Notes under the pieces: generated by a model
The model's input: only the letters and a program-made list of their open reading frames with translations
Database searches by the model: none
Told to the model about the DNA's origin: nothing
Source: Gammaproteobacteria bacterium
GTDB lineage: Bacteria > Pseudomonadota > Gammaproteobacteria > SURF-13
Assembly: GCA_035561915.1 (NCBI GenBank)
Contig: DATMXC010000066.1
Span: 1-29,974, forward strand
DNA length: 29,974 nucleotides
Direction: 5' to 3'
Program-made: the position numbers and the translations under genes
Shown here: positions 8,185-16,179 of the stretch, piece by piece
Numbering within the stretch: the stretch's first letter is position 1
Layout: each line of letters begins with the position of its first letter

Positions 8185-9306
8185 TCATGCGGGCGGTTCC
8201 TTAGTATCTTCGGTCTGAAGTGCTTTCCGAGTTGCTTCCAGATAGGCTCTTCCCCAATACAGATCTGGCTCCAGATGATTCCCTTCAGCCCACTCATTCC
8301 ACGCGTTTATGAAGATGATTCGCTCATCGCCTTCGTGCTTCCTAACGGTTCTTGTGAAAACCTCTCTCGACCAAGACTCATACGCCTGGGGAGTTGATCC
8401 CTGGAGGATCGTGGCGCCCTCCTTTCTGCGTGCAGTGTTATCCCAGCCCGGCGTAACACAAGGGAACCGAACCCAGTCTGCTTCCGGTCGGTCTAGCATG
8501 CCTCGGACCATTGCATCGTATGGGATTATCTTGTTCTTCAGAAAAACCTTAGGCAGGAAACCCAGGCTAGCGAGCAAGCGAGCAATCCTCCCCCTATGCC
8601 TTACACTTCCTATGTTCCAACTGAATGGCGCAAATTCAACGTCGGCGTCGAAGCCAAGATCAGGCGCTTTGACGCCTCTTATTACACTGTTATAGCTCTC
8701 CACCCGCGCCAGATAGAGGTCACCCACACCTGCTTTTCGCGCGACATCCCGCCAGATTTCGGCGGTGCGTGCTGGCTCAGGTAGCAGCTCGGCTCGGTAC
8801 ACGAGAAAAAGTGGCTTGCCATTTATCCGGACGTACCGTTCATCATGGAGTGCGGGGAGCAGGCTTCGAATGTGCGCCAAGTCGTCCTCGTGACTATAGT
8901 TCTGTCGCAATAGGACGTCCCGTTCTCCCCCCGTCCAACGCCGTGTCCAATTTTCGTTTGCCCAGCACAGGCAGAAGGGCAAATCAGGTTTACCGCTTGC
9001 CAGCACTTCGTTGAAAGGCCGCTCCAGGATGCGCCGACCATTAAACCAGTAGTGGTAGTAGCAAAAACCGTGGATGCCGTATTCCCGCGCCAGTTCCGCC
9101 TGCGCCTCGCGCGCCTCCGGCAGGCGCAAATCGTAGAAGCCCAGGTCGGCAGGAATGTGGGGCTGATAGTGGCCGGGGAACTGGGGCTTCGCCTTGGCGA
9201 CGTTTCTCCACTCAGTAAAGCCTTTGCCCCACCATTCGTCATTTTCGGGGATGGGATGAAACTGCGGCAGATAAAAACAAATGGCTTTAACACGAGTGTC
9301 TGGCAT
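8185..9306 (-). CDS. WbsX-family / glycoside hydrolase family 99-like domain protein, 373 aa (second paralogue)
   Basis: FYLPQFH..ENDEWWGKGFTEW, DLGFYDLR, GFCYYHYWF, FCLCWANENW, PGWDNTAR and AWNEWAEG. Confidence 0.9.
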   Translation of the reverse strand: MPDTRVKAICFYLPQFHPIPENDEWWGKGFTEWRNVAKAKPQFPGHYQPHIPADLGFYDLRLPEAREAQAELAREYGIHGFCYYHYWFNGRRILERPFNEVLASGKPDLPFCLCWANENWTRRWTGGERDVLLRQNYSHEDDLAHIRSLLPALHDERYVRINGKPLFLVYRAELLPEPARTAEIWRDVARKAGVGDLYLARVESYNSVIRGVKAPDLGFDADVEFAPFSWNIGSVRHRGRIARLLASLGFLPKVFLKNKIIPYDAMVRGMLDRPEADWVRFPCVTPGWDNTARRKEGATILQGSTPQAYESWSREVFTRTVRKHEGDERIIFINAWNEWAEGNHLEPDLYWGRAYLEATRKALQTEDTKEPPA

Positions 9307-9315
9307 GGTTCAGGT

Positions 9316-10191
9316 TCAGTTTCTGTTTTTGTTGCGTAGCCAGTTAATCAGGCCGCTAAATGCGCCGAAGCGGTGGTTTTCCAGCCAGCTGATTTGTGAT
9401 TTCAGCCCCATGTTCTGCCGGGTTAGCTCGCCGACTTTCCCTTCAAGCTTGTTGATGGTGTCGAGGGCGTCGAGCTGCCGGTAGTCGGAAATCTGCGCGT
9501 CAACAGTGATCGGGTGGGCCTTAACGATGAATTGAAAGGTGAGTGCTTCCGGGTTGTTTTCGCCAACCCAGTCGAGAAAAGCCTGGTCCTGTGCAGAGCC
9601 GCAGTGCACGCTGAACTCAGTTTCCTGCGGGGTCATGGTCACCCGATCCCAGGATACGATTCGGTAGCCTGCTTCTTCGAATAACCTCGCCACATTTTTC
9701 TTCGTAAAAAAACGAATGTGGGTGTTATCGAGCAGACCGTATTTCTGATAATCAAATCGCCCATGCGCGAGTTCCCAGCAGATGGCTGCATGGGCGATAT
9801 TGGGGATGGAAGCAATCAGGTGGCCACCCTCCTTGAGGAAGGGGGCGCACTTTTTTAGAGCGCCAGCCGGATCGTAAAGATGTTCCAGAACATCGGCAAA
9901 GGTAATGACATCAAAGCGCTTGTCCCCGAGCTTCTGAGCCAAATCAAGGTCTTCAATACTTCCGATGATGAGGCTGTCACAATAAGGGCGGGCATCCTCA
10001 GCAGCCAGCGGATCGATCTCGATTCCCGTCACCTGGCAACCGAGACGTTCCTTGAGTTGACGGGTCTGTATGCCGCTTGCGCAACCGACCTCAAGCACCT
10101 CCTGGCCACTGCCTATCCATGCGATAACTTTGGAGGCCGAGTGATTCTGGTCATCTGGGATGTTATAGAGATACTTTTTAGGGGCCGACAT
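9316..10191 (-). CDS. Class I SAM-dependent methyltransferase with short C-terminal coiled coil, 291 aa
   Basis: VLEVGCASG (motif I), VTGIEID, FDVITFADVLEHL, SIPNIAH and HIRFFT. The tail LDTINKLEGKVGELTRQNMGLKSQISWLE has heptad character. Start reassigned to MSAPK at 10191, overlapping the wzt end. Confidence 0.88.
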   Translation of the reverse strand: MSAPKKYLYNIPDDQNHSASKVIAWIGSGQEVLEVGCASGIQTRQLKERLGCQVTGIEIDPLAAEDARPYCDSLIIGSIEDLDLAQKLGDKRFDVITFADVLEHLYDPAGALKKCAPFLKEGGHLIASIPNIAHAAICWELAHGRFDYQKYGLLDNTHIRFFTKKNVARLFEEAGYRIVSWDRVTMTPQETEFSVHCGSAQDQAFLDWVGENNPEALTFQFIVKAHPITVDAQISDYRQLDALDTINKLEGKVGELTRQNMGLKSQISWLENHRFGAFSGLINWLRNKNRN

Positions 10192-11449
10192 GTGTCTTCT
10201 CATTGAAATCCAATAAAGGCGGTGTGCATGACCAGATACCGGAAAGGGATACCAAACCCTCATTCCAGGTTCTGTCTTCTGCGTTGTCTGAGACAACTTG
10301 CAGATGCAACAGATTTTCAGCATAAAAGATCGTCCTGGCACCACTGCCTTCCGCCACACCGGCACGGAGGGAGTAAACCCCAGGCATGAACGGAAATGAT
10401 GGAATATCGAAAGTCAGCACATGATGCCCGGCTTCGAGGTGATCCAATTTCAGTTGATTGATGCTGTGTTGCGTCGCCAGATATATGAAGTCAGTCGTAT
10501 GAATACCGATCCCGAAAATGGGCACACGAATTTCTTTTGTTACCTCGAAATTGAGCTGAATCTTAACGGCTTGCTCATGCCTGAGTTTGCTGATGGGGTT
10601 TCCTTCAGCATCCAGAATTTCAATGCCGCGCAACAGAATTTCACCCGTTGCCCATTCATTGCTGTTTGCTGAATTCAGGTTGGTGGAGTTGCCAGTGCTT
10701 ATTTGTGTATCGCTGGCCTCGTAAAATTGGGTGCATACAGCGTTGGCGTTGCCATCACTGATGGCCTGTCCCTTATTGAATAAGATAACCCGGCTACACA
10801 AGCGCTCAACTTGGCGGATATTGTGGCTGACCAGTAGTACGGTCCTGCCCTGTCGCTTGATCAAGTCCTCCATCCGGTCAAAACACTTCCTCTGAAACGC
10901 TAGATCCCCCACAGCAAGCACTTCGTCCACGATCAGAATGTCCGATTTCACGCTGGTGGCAATGGCGAACCCAAGCCGCACCGACATGCCGGAGCTGTAG
11001 CGCTTGATCGGGGTATCGATGAACTCTTCCAGCTCGGAGAATGCGACAATTTCGTCGAATTTCTTTTTAATCTCGGCCTTGGGGATGCCGAGGATCGCGC
11101 CGTTGAGAAAGATATTTTCTCGCCCGGTGAGGTCGCCCACCAGTCCTGCACCGACCTCGATCAATGGTGCGACCTTGCCGTGTACTTTCACGCTGCCGCG
11201 GGTGGGTACACTGATGTTGGCAAGCATCTTGAGCAAGGTACTTTTGCCTGCGCCGTTGTGGCCGATGATGCCCAGCACTTCGCCTTCTTCGACCTTGAAG
11301 TCCACGTCATCCAGCGCCTTGAACAGCGGCCGTTCCCGCACGGGTTCGCCGCGCAGGCGGGCGAGGGTGTCGTGCAGGGTCTGCTTTAAGCCATGCAGGG
11401 CGCCGAGGCGGTATTCCTTGGTGACGTGGTTGACTTCGATGATGGCCAT
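10178..11449 (-). CDS. wzt: ABC transporter ATP-binding protein Wzt with C-terminal Wzt_C-like domain, 423 aa
   Basis: Walker A GHNGAGKST, signature YSSGM, Walker B ILIVDE, DLAFQRKC and H-loop VSHN, followed by a beta-rich C-terminal extension. Start MAIIEV at 11449, 2 nt after the wzm stop. Confidence 0.93.
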   Translation of the reverse strand: MAIIEVNHVTKEYRLGALHGLKQTLHDTLARLRGEPVRERPLFKALDDVDFKVEEGEVLGIIGHNGAGKSTLLKMLANISVPTRGSVKVHGKVAPLIEVGAGLVGDLTGRENIFLNGAILGIPKAEIKKKFDEIVAFSELEEFIDTPIKRYSSGMSVRLGFAIATSVKSDILIVDEVLAVGDLAFQRKCFDRMEDLIKRQGRTVLLVSHNIRQVERLCSRVILFNKGQAISDGNANAVCTQFYEASDTQISTGNSTNLNSANSNEWATGEILLRGIEILDAEGNPISKLRHEQAVKIQLNFEVTKEIRVPIFGIGIHTTDFIYLATQHSINQLKLDHLEAGHHVLTFDIPSFPFMPGVYSLRAGVAEGSGARTIFYAENLLHLQVVSDNAEDRTWNEGLVSLSGIWSCTPPLLDFNEKTHVGP

Positions 11450-11451
11450 GG

Positions 11452-12270
11452 CTAGATGACGTCCGCGAAATACGATTCGGCGCGTTTGAAGATCACGTAG
11501 CTGATGGGGAGCAGGATAATGACGAGGACCATGCCAGGCCACATGGACGATATGTCGGGGGGGATGCCGCGCAGCACTACGTGTTGGAATGCGTCGATGA
11601 TGCCCGCGAGCGGGTTGAGCGTGTATACGGTGTAAAGAAAATTCGACCATTCCCCGGCGGCCTGATTGACCAGCAGCTTTTCCTTGACCAGTGTCAGCGG
11701 GTAGATCACCGGCGAGGCATACATGAGCAACGAGAATGCCACCGGCAGCGCCGTAGCGACGTCCCGGTAATAGACGTTCATGGCGGCACCGACCATGGAA
11801 ATGCAAAGCACTGCCAGGATCGTATAGGCGATGATCAGGGGCACCCACAGCAGATAAATCGTGGGGGACATGTGATAGTAAACCATCAACCCGGCGAGAA
11901 TCAGGAAGTTGATGCCCAATTCCACTAATTTGGTGACGACGCTCGTCAGCGGGAGTATCTCGCGCGGGAAGTAGATCTTGCGGATGAGATTCGCATTACC
12001 GACTACGCTGGAGACGCCTTCGGAGGCGGCTTCCTGGAAGAATATCCAGGGCATGAGCGCGGCAAAGGTGAGAATGGGATACGGAATATCGCCGCTATCG
12101 ATTCCCACGAAGCTCTTTACCAAGGAAAAAATGAGCACCAGCATGAGGGGTTTAAGGACCGTCCAGGCCAGCCCCAGATAGGCTTGTTTATAGCGCACGG
12201 CCATGTTTTTCCAGGCGAGCGCCGCCATTAGTTCGCGGTAGTCGTAGAGGTCTTTTATTGCGGCCAGCAT
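11452..12270 (-). CDS. wzm: ABC-2 type polysaccharide transporter permease Wzm, 272 aa
   Basis: RYKQAYLGLAWTVLKPL, NLIRKIYFPREILP, YYRDV, YASPVIYP and LNPLAGII; multiple TM segments; directly upstream of wzt. Confidence 0.93.
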   Translation of the reverse strand: MLAAIKDLYDYRELMAALAWKNMAVRYKQAYLGLAWTVLKPLMLVLIFSLVKSFVGIDSGDIPYPILTFAALMPWIFFQEAASEGVSSVVGNANLIRKIYFPREILPLTSVVTKLVELGINFLILAGLMVYYHMSPTIYLLWVPLIIAYTILAVLCISMVGAAMNVYYRDVATALPVAFSLLMYASPVIYPLTLVKEKLLVNQAAGEWSNFLYTVYTLNPLAGIIDAFQHVVLRGIPPDISSMWPGMVLVIILLPISYVIFKRAESYFADVI

Positions 12271-12320
12271 TGATGCGTGCTCACTTTTTGCATTGATTGA
12301 GTGCCGCGCGAGCGGTTTTG

Positions 12321-12343
12321 TTCGCGGCTGAAGCCGCTCCTAC
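12321..12343 (-). repeat. GTAG-type REP sequence
   Basis: GTAGGAGCGGCTTCAGCCGCGAA: a GTAG foot plus a GCGGCT/AGCCGC palindrome, with two further copies at 13132-13192. Confidence 0.75.
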
Positions 12344-12375
12344 GCAAGGGCTGTGGTGGGGGCGCATGGCTCTGT

Positions 12376-13065
12376 CTAAGCTCCTTCAAACTGATAGCCC
12401 AGCAGCCGGATATCATTGTTGTGCCGTTCGGCGACGATGTTTTTGGTCTCTTCGTCGTAGTACTCGGAATAGTGGTGCCCCTTCTCCCTCATCCCCGATT
12501 TCAGTTGGGGGAGGCCGGTGATTGGAATATCCACGGTCTTGCACACTTCGCTGAGGCCGTCCGCGAGGTTTTCGTAACGAATCACAAAGTCGGCGCACAG
12601 CTGGTTGTCGACGACGTAGAAGCGATCGTTGGTTTCCCACTCACCCGCCCTGACGAACTGGGAGAACATTTTCCTGGTGTCGCGCAGCGCGTCGAACGGC
12701 ACACCCAAGTGGTGGTAGAAGCGTTTCTTCGCCAGAGGCGGCGCGTTCCGCCGGTTCTCCCAATAGAACAGGGAAATCATGCGGTCCCAGGGGTTCCTGG
12801 CGATGCTGAACTTGAAATAGTTTTCCCACACCTCTGCTGGAATCTGACTCTTGATGGTGAGGGCATCGTCGTGCTGATGAAAATCGCCGGCATTCATCGG
12901 CTTGTGAACCCATTCGCCCTTTTCGTCGCGGTTGAAACCGTAGTCGCCCAGCGGCGTCACGATGTCGTCTCCGCTGCAGTGTGCCGACAGTGCAGCCTCG
13001 ATGCTCGTCCCCGCCGTCTTCCATGACTTGATGAAGATGAATTTGTGTGTGTGGGAGATGATCAT
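12376..13065 (-). CDS. Sulfotransferase family 2 domain protein, 229 aa
   Basis: KFIFIKSWKTAGTSI (5'-PSB), FSIARNPWDRMIS (3'-PB), DFVIRYENL and HYSEYYDEET. Confidence 0.88.
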   Translation of the reverse strand: MIISHTHKFIFIKSWKTAGTSIEAALSAHCSGDDIVTPLGDYGFNRDEKGEWVHKPMNAGDFHQHDDALTIKSQIPAEVWENYFKFSIARNPWDRMISLFYWENRRNAPPLAKKRFYHHLGVPFDALRDTRKMFSQFVRAGEWETNDRFYVVDNQLCADFVIRYENLADGLSEVCKTVDIPITGLPQLKSGMREKGHHYSEYYDEETKNIVAERHNNDIRLLGYQFEGA

Positions 13066-13131
13066 ACCATGCCTTTCATGCCAGGCTTTGGAGCCCTGTT
13101 ATCCTGTTGCTGCGGCCTCAAGTATTTGAAC

Positions 13132-13192
13132 ATAGCAGCGGCTTTAGCCGCGAACTTTGGCTGCGGGTGTTCGCGCCTGAAGGCGCTCCTAC
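13132..13192. repeat. Inverted REP pair (REPIN-like)
   Basis: Plus-strand ATAGCAGCGGCTTTAGCCGCGAA (13132-13154) and minus-strand GTAGGAGCGCCTTCAGGCGCGAA (13170-13192), with a 15-nt spacer. Confidence 0.78.
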
Positions 13193-13214
13193 GGCATTCA
13201 AGTTCGCGCATACC

Positions 13215-13583
13215 CTACGCCCCACCCGTCCGCTCTATGGTAAGCAGCCTGTCCGCCGTGACGTCCTTGATCTCTTGCACATATCCGTCATGGTTCTGAT
13301 CGAGACCCCATGCGGACACAACGTCCCGATAGCCGCCACGCCCGTCGGCTATCAGCACTACTTGCCGGTAGTTGTGGTTGGAGGTGTAGATGTCCAACAG
13401 GTCGTCGCCGTTCACATCTGCGACGCCCATGTCAAACACTTCGAGGCTGTCCTTCAAGGGCAATGCATGTTCGATGAACTTTCCGTCGGCGGGGGAAAAG
13501 AAAGGAATGCGGTCTGTCACGGGGAAGGCGAGCACGAGTAGTGGCAGCACGATGACTGTGCCCCCCCATTTTCTCCTGGTCAT
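13215..13583 (-). pseudogene. Internally deleted FG-GAP/ASPIC-UnbV paralogue, 122-aa in-frame remnant
   Basis: FDMGVADVNGDDLLDIYTSNHNY..DGRGGYRDV...WGLDQ matches the N-terminal part of the 700-aa protein. It is followed immediately by DGYVQEIKDVTADRLLTIER, matching that protein's C-terminal DGPVQELSDVSGDAMLRLER. Junction near 13290-13293. Confidence 0.8.
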
Positions 13584-13720
13584 GACGCGCCCCTGATAAA
13601 TGGTTTCTTGGCAACTGGCTGCAGCATCATAGAGAGCTAACCTGGATCAAGCGGCATTGTTGCTTATTCGTGAGCCGTATCCGCACTGTCGGCGGCCCGA
13701 TATTCTATCATAAAACTTAT

Positions 13721-13736
13721 AGCAAGAATCGTGCCT
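13721..13736 (-). promoter_or_regulatory. Putative sigma54 (-24/-12) promoter
   Basis: Minus strand AGGCACGATTCTTGCT versus consensus TGGCACGNNNNTTGCW, with GG and GC exactly 10 nt apart. It sits in a 330-bp intergenic gap and points into the wzm/wzt block. Confidence 0.65.
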
Positions 13737-13912
13737 GCCGGTTACATCTGTGTGTACGAGCCTGCCGCGGTGCGCCGGCAAATTCGAGCACTCGGCCCCT
13801 CTGAGGACGGAGTCCTGGAACGCTGCCTCCTCGCTTTACCTTAATGAATCATTTCAGAATATTGGAGGACAGGCTCAACCAGTCGATGGTCATTACCACC
13901 ATCCTTAACTTC

Positions 13913-14926
13913 CTACGGCTCTACGAGCGCCCGCAGCCGCTCAAAGCAATATCCCGCCAACATTTCATGCACCCCCTGAAATATTGTGAGCGACCCATTG
14001 GCAGTACTGCGATTGAACAAGACGGCCCGATCTGCGATTTTCCTTGTGTCTGGCGCATTCTCTCCCCCACGGCTCAACAACAACGCCATTTCTTCTTCTG
14101 TAACACGTTGACTCGCATCTCCATATGCTTCGGCCAGCCGATTGTAAAATTGGATGGAATGGGAAATCGGCACCGTGCCTTTGTAACCGTCATCGATGCC
14201 GGCGTACAGCTCGATTCTGGATCGGGGGGGCTGCGGAAATTCCCAATAAAGCGGCGATCGCGCCCATGCCGCTTGCTTGTCCAACCGCTTGCCATCGGAT
14301 GTGCACTGGAGGATGTGCTGGGTAAAAGGGTTCCCGCGCGCGGCGGATTGCCAATACCAGGCATGCAGATCCGTGATCGGCGCCCAGGCCAAGAATGCCC
14401 GTACCGGATGCTTTGATTTGAGATACATGCCGGCCGTGGCGTAGCCCCCACCGGAAAATCCGACTACGAAAATATTGCGTATATCAACATTGCCTTCGCG
14501 CAGCGCGTAGACAATCGCATCATCGATATCCGATACGACTTTCGGGCTCAAGCAGGAATCGGGCGTCTCATTTGCCCCCCTGAAATCCGGATGGATATAA
14601 TTCCAGTCGTGTTGCTTCGCATAGGCCGCCAGCGCATCCTTTGAAGCGTAACTGCCGGACCAGACATGCAGGCTAACCAAGAGCGGCTTCTGCGTGCTGG
14701 ATGACGAGCGAGAAAAATAAGCCTTTTGTTTTGCCCCATCCGCCGAACTATCAATTTCCACGACCTTGAATCCATCCGGCCAGCGGAAGGGCTCGGCATC
14801 ATGCCCGGCTATGAACGTTAAACCCGCATACCGTTTGAACTCCGGATAGAACTTGCCCGCCAACGCGCCTAGCGCAAAACATAGACAAGCCAAGGCGCCG
14901 ATAAGCAGTTTGGTTTTTCTTGTCAT
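13913..14926 (-). CDS. Exported alpha/beta hydrolase (esterase/S9-like), 337 aa
   Basis: N-terminal basic plus hydrophobic segment, nucleophile elbow GFSGGG, and candidate Asp (GIDDG) and His (GVHE). Confidence 0.83.
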   Translation of the reverse strand: MTRKTKLLIGALACLCFALGALAGKFYPEFKRYAGLTFIAGHDAEPFRWPDGFKVVEIDSSADGAKQKAYFSRSSSSTQKPLLVSLHVWSGSYASKDALAAYAKQHDWNYIHPDFRGANETPDSCLSPKVVSDIDDAIVYALREGNVDIRNIFVVGFSGGGYATAGMYLKSKHPVRAFLAWAPITDLHAWYWQSAARGNPFTQHILQCTSDGKRLDKQAAWARSPLYWEFPQPPRSRIELYAGIDDGYKGTVPISHSIQFYNRLAEAYGDASQRVTEEEMALLLSRGGENAPDTRKIADRAVLFNRSTANGSLTIFQGVHEMLAGYCFERLRALVEP

Positions 14927-14949
14927 TACCTATCACCGGGCCAGAGGAG

Positions 14950-16179
14950 TCATTGCATACCCTTGCGAGTTTGGTTTTTTGGCATAAGCTCCCGGATGTG
15001 CGCCACGTCCTCGGGGTGGGCTTGCGCATACTGCTTCTGCAGGGTGCGCAAGCGACGCAAATGTTCTTCCAAATTGGCCGGGGTGATTTTGGTGCCGAAC
15101 CCGGCGAGCACGGGAAATGCCGGCGCTTGGTCGGTAAGCACCCGGCTAAGCACTGCATCGCCAAGCGCGCGCTTGTAATGGACCGGCTCCCAGTACCAAC
15201 GCATTGCCTTTTGTTTACCGCCTGCCGGCAGAGGCTCCAGGCTGGGGTCAACCGCGCCGCTGAAGTCCCATACTTGATATTCTGCTTTCTCCACGCGGGT
15301 GGCCTCTTCATGGTTAATGCTGACGATCATCCGTTTCATTTCCTCAAACCGCGGCCATAGCCCGGATTGGTGCAGTGTCTCCCAATGCCAGGCGTGCGAG
15401 GGCGATATCAGCACGCTAACCTTGACGGTAGACTGATAAGCGGCGCGCAACAACGCCCGCAGGTCATCGGCGTTTTGACTGAAGGTTGGGTCATTGTGCG
15501 CAATATCTTCGAATCGCCGAAAGCTGTTCCGCGTATAGGCGTTGAAGGCCGCCGCATGGTCATAAGTGTCTGTCAAGGATTGCCAGTAGCCGTTTGTCGC
15601 CAGCGTGATATTGGCCCAGCGCTGCTGGCGCACGGTCTTTACACTCGATAACAATGCCTTCGTAGATAACAGGGCGGCCGCCAGATCGGGCATGTGCGCG
15701 GAAAACAGATTGAACTGCGCGATTCCCTCGCGATCGACCGCGAGACGCGTCTCGGAGAAAGCGCCGCTGCGATCCGGCGTGGTGTTGAACACTCGGAAAT
15801 CCAGCGCCAGGATGGCATGGTCCAAGGGCTGGATTGCTTGGGCATGCTGAAAGTATCTGCGCATTTCATACAGGCCGATCGCGGGCAGCGCCATGTTGTA
15901 GCACGGTGTGACGGCCAGCGCCGGATGGTCGGGAGACAGGCCGCGGCCGGCGCGCGACGTGCCGAGGATGATGCACTTGGGTTTGATGCGTTTGACTGCA
16001 TAGACGTTGGTCATGCGCAGGTGTTCGAGAAAGTCGACTTTGTTTGCATTGAAGCCGGCGATGCGAGGCGCGCCAAACACGCTGAACGGATCAACTGCGT
16101 AATTCAACCCCGCCACCACCGCCACGCTGGCGAGGCAGGCGATGACAAGGATCCGGATATAATTTTTCGCTTCGATCAT
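14950..16179 (-). CDS. Membrane-anchored MBOAT partner, probable SGNH-like O-acyltransferase, 409 aa
   Basis: N-terminal TM then DPF, ILGTSRA (block I-like) and WEPVHY (DxxH-like with Glu). The ATG at 16179 overlaps the MBOAT stop (TGATG). Confidence 0.7.
   Translation of the reverse strand: MIEAKNYIRILVIACLASVAVVAGLNYAVDPFSVFGAPRIAGFNANKVDFLEHLRMTNVYAVKRIKPKCIILGTSRAGRGLSPDHPALAVTPCYNMALPAIGLYEMRRYFQHAQAIQPLDHAILALDFRVFNTTPDRSGAFSETRLAVDREGIAQFNLFSAHMPDLAAALLSTKALLSSVKTVRQQRWANITLATNGYWQSLTDTYDHAAAFNAYTRNSFRRFEDIAHNDPTFSQNADDLRALLRAAYQSTVKVSVLISPSHAWHWETLHQSGLWPRFEEMKRMIVSINHEEATRVEKAEYQVWDFSGAVDPSLEPLPAGGKQKAMRWYWEPVHYKRALGDAVLSRVLTDQAPAFPVLAGFGTKITPANLEEHLRRLRTLQKQYAQAHPEDVAHIRELMPKNQTRKGMQ

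Noticed and set aside
13561-13567. G7 homopolymer at the 5' end of the FG-GAP relic as a phase-variation tract
   Set aside because: Too short, the frame is intact, and the gene is already deleted internally.
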